Source: Bigelowiella natans CCMP2755 (lineage: Eukaryota > Protista > Cercozoa). From it: 64,000 bases of DNA. Shown here in pieces: positions 58,680 to 64,000 of this stretch. The stretch lies in assembly GCA_000320545.1 (NCBI GenBank), contig ADNK01000247.1, positions 1 to 64,000 of the forward strand, in the 5' to 3' direction. The position numbers and the translations under genes were made by a program. Each line of letters opens with the position of its first letter. Within the stretch, counting starts at the first letter, position 1. A model generated the notes under the pieces. It was not told the origin of the DNA and searched no databases. It saw only the letters and a program-made list of their open reading frames with translations.

Positions 58680-60135
58680 ATAGCTCATTTGCAAATTTGC
58701 TGTGGTGTCATCATCACAGCATCGTCCAGTTCATCGCAGCCTATGTGCACACAACATCACCGCATGAGATTCAAATGGTCCAAATTCGGACATTCGCCTG
58801 CTAGCTCGCGTTGCAGTCCACGCTAGCATGGCCGGAATTTGTCTTTGCTAATTTGATCATGTCTAGATGTGTGCTAGTGTGCGCAAATGTTGGCTCAGCT
58901 CACAATGTCGCCATCAGGATCGGATGCAAGTTGGGATCCCAGACGACACGGTTTCATCGGTGGTGCACGCTGCACGTGTTGCATGCATGCTAGCATGTAG
59001 CATGCACGTGGCTAGCGTGTGGTTGACAACAGCTAAACAGCTCACGTGAGCTGTGGGCGCGCGTTCGTTGTTCATGAATGGATCACATGGTTGCCACATG
59101 CTAGCTAGCTAGCTAGCACGCCGCGGTGCCGCAGACTAGAATCGGCAACATCGCATCGATCGCATCATTGTTGGATTATTTGGTGTTGCGGATGGTCGGT
59201 GTTTGTGCACGCCATTCTTCTGCAGAATCGTGAAACTGGTCTGTCTAGCTGTCTAGCTGTGCTGGTGTGTGGCGGAACACAATTGCACATTGTGACAATG
59301 GCATTGATGATGCAAAAGCAACGTGCGCAAGCTAGCAAGAGCCACACGTTGAACAGGCATTTGCACGCAGCAGCGCCTGCAAACAAGCGAAAAACCATTG
59401 CGAGGACTTGTCAGCACCCTGCTAGCTGCAGCTAGCCTGTCCAACTGTTGAACATCAATCGTTGCGAAACAAACGTGATGGAGAACTGCATTTCCAAAGT
59501 GCTGCACAAGACTTGCAAAGTGCGAAACGCAAAGCCTCGAACTAGCTTCAGTGAGGACTGATTGGATTTGAAAAATTGGCACTCTGGCTAGCTCTAGAGC
59601 TAGCTGCGTGGGGCAGCGCATTCAGCAGCAATGTGGCGGCGATGCAAAGCATGTGCTCTTCGCAGAAACTTCGTGAAGGCTACATCTACACGATGAAAGC
59701 AGCCGGGTCGTCCGAAGCGAGGACCTTTTTGTCACCAGAGACCATTGAACAATGAACAATGAACAATGAACAATGAACAATGAACAATGAACAATGAACA
59801 ATGAACAATGAAGAAAGCGTTGATCAAAACTGCATGCGCCAGAACCACATGGGAGACAGGCATTTGCACGCAGCAGAGCCTCAACAACACTCGTTGCAAG
59901 GACTTGTCAGCACCCTGTTGGTGAGAGACACAAAAAATCAGCCGCATCCCATGAAATTGGCATGGATGCCGATTGATGGTGCCGTTGAGATGTGAATTGA
60001 TTGGAACTAAAGCTGGCATCTTGGATGCCGAACAGCAGCAAAATTGTCGAGCAGGACAATGGTTCGACGGAAAGCCCTGTCAATTTCTTTGTCAGTCGAA
60101 GGGACACCAGATGTGGCCCGAAAGCGTTGATCAAA
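58680..60135. mobile_element. TpA-erased, CTAG-retaining repeat tract
   Basis: Most surviving TA are in CTAG, including gctagctagctagctagc at about 59100. There is an internal duplication (59353-59421 vs 59856-59917) and homology to the 15-16 kb tract. Confidence 0.75.
59746..59808. repeat. (TGAACAA)9 heptamer tandem repeat
   Basis: Nine exact copies. The reverse complement (TTCATTG)n also occurs at about 15170 and 15535. Confidence 0.95.
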
Positions 60136-60349
60136 ACTACATTGAATTGAGAGCGGTAGTCGTCAGTCTCAAACACGATTATCCACATGGCTCCATTTGC
60201 GATAAACAAACAAAAAAATTTATCTGCGACATACAAAACAAGTCGTTATTTTATGGAAAACAACGCCGTTCAATGTTTGCAAACCGAGGAATTTGATTCT
60301 TTCGTGGCTGCAATCGCAGCAAGTTGGAGCACTAGCCCAGGAGAACACG

Positions 60350-62384
60350 ATGGCGTCGTCCCAAACCCAATCGAGACCTGTCCAGCTACGAAAACTTCTT
60401 TCAGCCTGCATCGACTGTTCCAGAGCTGCAGGAAAGCTGATTCGCTCAATAAGGGAGAAGGGCGCGCTGCAGGCGAAGGACAAGGACAAAGGTGGGGATG
60501 ACGGCTCAAATGGGGAGGTGGATGAGAAGGACCTAAAGGACCCTGTGACCGTCGCGGATTTGGAGGCCCAACGACTCATCGAACATGCGCTAAATTACGC
60601 TTTTCCAGGGATCAACACCGTAGGTCGGAGCTCTGTGTCCTCAAGGGTTATGTCATGTTCAAACATATTGTAGCCGAGCTCACCCCACCTCAAACCACCC
60701 TTTCTTTTCCCTCTGTTGTAGGGGAGGAAGGCACGCTGGACAAACCAGATGTTCTGTTCTCTCCGAGTATAGATCTGGTAAAAGACACTCTTCCCTCCGT
60801 ATACGATGCGGTACCGCCAGAAGATATTACGATTTGGATTGATCCAGTCGATGGAACGAAGGTCGTGCGTGTGTGCATGCGGTGAACCACTTCCACTGCC
60901 GCACTCACCTTCATTTGAGATAATCGAACGGTCATCCACACAGCCACCATTATAAACTGTTAGTCGTTTATCCTCGGGAAGCTGGACGTTGTGACCTGTC
61001 TGATTGGCATCTCGGTTAGGGGTTGTGCTACGGCGGGTGTTATCCACTATCCGTGGAGGGAGGGGGGGGGCAAAACAGGTGTTGATGATGAACTATTTCA
61101 CTCACGTTGGCATCATAGAATAGCAAATCATTTTGGTTCGCCTGAGCATTTATACAGTCACGCACGTACGCAAATTCAGTCTGGGGCGTGCGAGGACATG
61201 GAGTTGGAGGTGACATCATCGCTTCGTGCCTGAAGACACTCTCCCTGCCTGATCGAGTGAGTGGATATCAGGAACAATTGATAAAAGATAAAAATCTTCA
61301 ATGAAACGGAGAGCTAGTAGAGAACGAAAACACATCGTTGAGGATTGCTTTGTATTCATAGAAGCGTCGAAGAGCTCTCATATGGTTCGGGGAGAAGGAA
61401 AAACTTGCTAAAGCTTTAAAAGTAGCATTAATAGCATGCATTAAATGCAGTTTCAATGGCTGTACTAGTAACTGTTGTAGTACTGGTAATATTTTTGTTT
61501 ATACCTATTCGCAACCCCCCTCCACAGAAAAGCTTCATTCACGTATCGTGTATTTTCATTATGATTATCATCATATCATTGTTGTCATTTTCCTCATCTC
61601 GTATTCTCCCATAGAATGTAGAAAGGCCTCTAGGTGAAGTTGTCACCTCAGGGAGTGCTGGAAACATGATAATGAAGGTGTCGCTTGAGTGCAACGCGAG
61701 AGCCGAGCTTTCATATTTGACCGCGTATACACTCAAATGTGTCCTTATTCAAGAAAATAGACAGATGTCTAAGTTGATAGGTATTCGTTTAAGACTTCGC
61801 TTATTCTGTACGTCATCTTCCAAATTAGGTTGTGGAGGGGGAGGTAGATGTGTACTTCCAAACAGCAAACAATAAGTGGGATACATGCGCTGCAGAGGCC
61901 ATTCTAAGAGCAGCAGGAGGAAATCTCACTGATTTCTATGGCCGCCAGTACTTCTACGACAAGTGAGGATGGGAGGGGGGGGTATAAGCTTGCATTTTCT
62001 TTATATCTTCATTCACTCTCTATCTTTCCGCGTGTCCCCATCAGAAACGCAAAACATCGCAATTCGACTGGAGTTCTCGCGACATTGTTTGACCACGAAA
62101 CGTAATTAGACCACTACCAAACATTAAAAGATCCATATAGTTAGAAGAGTATAGAGGAATGGAAGATGAGAGGAGAGGGGGGGGGGGTACAAAAAGGGAA
62201 GAAATGAAAATATATTTATTGGCACCGGCTGGATTGGGTGGTCACTTGCCAAGTTTTCACATGCCAAATAGAATTGGAAGGAAAGTCTTGAAGATATATG
62301 GCAATAATGACGTGCAGGTACTTACCCAGATGTGGCGATGAGGATGATCTTGTTAAAGCATGCAATGATGAATTTAAAAAGTAG
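60350..62384 (+). CDS. BPNT1: 3'(2'),5'-bisphosphate nucleotidase (inositol monophosphatase superfamily)
   Basis: Motifs DPVTVADLEAQRLI, GEE, IWIDPVDGT, VTCLIGISVRG..AGVIHYP, GSAGN, KWDTCAAEAILRAAGGNLTD and HRNSTGVLAT across GT-AG introns. Confidence 0.9.
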
Positions 62385-63364
62385 ATCAACTGTAAGAAAC
62401 ATGCACGGTGTACATGCTATGCTGGCGGCTAAAATTTGACGTCTAAGCTATAGTGCCGTTGCTGACATTGTTCACAATGAGTTTGCACGATGGGTAGTAG
62501 GCGCAAGATCATTGTTGACACTGGGAAAAGGACTAAGTCTACTAGTCTAGTAAGCAGATGTTGCATCCGCCATGATCTGTTATTTATAATCTACATGCAG
62601 TGTAACTTGCATTGTGGCAATAGCATGGCATGTCTTGTACGTACGTGCTGGACCATCCCCGGAAAATTATAAACTTAACGACAGCTGGCGGCATAGTTCT
62701 ATACGTACGTGTGCATATGTACCTAATGCTTAGCTCCCACACTGCCATGCATGCTACATCCGGTATGCAATAAGCACGTACTGTAGTAGTCATGTGCGAG
62801 ATGGCGCCGGCGAGGCGATCGAATAATGTAATGAAATAGTTACTACATTTTTTCATTGCAATCATCATCCTAATTATGTAGCCATAAAGGCTCTATATAC
62901 AACATATGGCACAAAAAATACCGCGCAACATATGTTCGTATACGTGTGTACGCTATATAGCCATAAAGGCTCTATATAATCTAGTAATGTAGCTAGTCTA
63001 GTTGTCATCAATGATGCAGCATGATTATCATGATCATGGCAGCATGTCTAGATGTGTCTAGCTAGCTAGCTAGGTACTCTACTGGCGTGCTATTAGGCTA
63101 GCGTGTGTAAACATCTTAATCGGTTAATATAAAGGGTACCCAGTTCAATAATGGTACAATATGATTGTATACTTCGACCATCGGCACCATAAACTTGCTT
63201 TCATTTGCCGGATGCAAATGCGATACATGTGCTTACAGACGAGTTATTAAAGGGATATTTTATTCATTAAGTTAAATCGCTGTTAATGCGACGCCATTCA
63301 TCTAGACACGTCGGTGTAACCGCACGTGATAATATATCATCTATAGTTATGTCCCTATCCCTCC

Positions 63365-63964
63365 CTAGTTTCTCATTCCTCCTCCTGCACTGGGAACGGG
63401 CGGTGACCCCATTGCCCCAAGCAGCAGCTGCGTCTGTGGCTGCTTCTGGAGTGTTTGACTGTTGCGGCTTCCCACAGTTTTCTCCTTTGTCGTTGGGAAA
63501 GGATTCGCCCTTAGCTGGTGAAGTGATCGGCCGAAGTGCACGTGTTGCTCGTATGCATAAAGATACTCCTGGTAGAATCCACGCAACAGACAGCACGACT
63601 CCTCTCTTGTGGGGCCCTCATATCTCCCTAGTTTAGATAGAATTTCTTCCCAACAACGAGGATTTGACGCAATGCGGTCGTAGCCTCCTCTTGCAACTAC
63701 TTGACGGAATAGGTTGTAGAGGTTAACATCACGCTTTGCGATTGTCGGGTACCTCGTGAGCGGCGCCGAGATTGACCGTAGGAATGAGGTTAGGTTCTTA
63801 TAAAACTGCACTACACCGCTTACTTGCTGCTTCTTCTTCCGCTTATTTATTGATGAAGGTCGTCGTCGTGGTACTTCCAAGTTCCCCCTTCTTGTTTGCA
63901 GTATCTTCGTTTGCAGTATCTTCGACTTCATGGCAAGTAGATCTATGCCTTTATGCTGTGCCAA
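63365..63964 (-). CDS. ARID/BRIGHT DNA-binding domain protein, last exon (gene probably continues beyond the window)
   Basis: FYKNLTSFL...PTIAKRDVNLYNLFRQVVARGGYDRI...WEEILSKLG...LRGFYQEYLYAYE. The exon is preceded by a CAG acceptor at 63967-63965. Confidence 0.88.
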   Translation of the reverse strand: MAQHKGIDLLAMKSKILQTKILQTRRGNLEVPRRRPSSINKRKKKQQVSGVVQFYKNLTSFLRSISAPLTRYPTIAKRDVNLYNLFRQVVARGGYDRIASNPRCWEEILSKLGRYEGPTREESCCLLRGFYQEYLYAYEQHVHFGRSLHQLRANPFPTTKEKTVGSRNSQTLQKQPQTQLLLGAMGSPPVPSAGGGMRN

Positions 63965-64000
63965 CTGACAAAAGTAGGATCATGACTTAGCAATAGAAGT

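Overview
Eukaryotic nuclear DNA, gene-dense and intron-rich with GT-AG introns. It is most likely from an alga with a secondary plastid; a chlorarachniophyte is my inference from the signal-peptide-plus-transit-peptide leaders and the intron style. About 15 protein genes can be supported: an SBF2-domain protein (3' part), an EF-hand membrane protein, a Cys-rich scramblase-like protein, an intronless P-loop kinase ending in CaaX, a small zinc-ribbon protein, an AGC kinase, a NUDIX hydrolase, a Cet1/TTM-type RNA triphosphatase with a bipartite leader, a TIGR04168-type metallophosphoesterase, a hypothetical protein, an ankyrin protein, a CLU-domain protein, an NHL/Cys-rich multipass protein, BPNT1 and an ARID protein (3' part). 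The most striking signal is non-coding. Four sharply bounded intergenic repeat tracts (about 2.0-3.0, 5.0-8.4, 15.0-16.2 and 58.7-60.1 kb) have lost almost all TpA, apparently converted to TpG or CpA, while CpG is kept and TpA survives mainly inside CTAG. This looks like a repeat-targeted A:T to G:C hypermutation system, opposite in direction to fungal RIP. A near-perfect hairpin of at least 570 bp opens the window. Counts are by hand and exon boundaries were inferred by eye.
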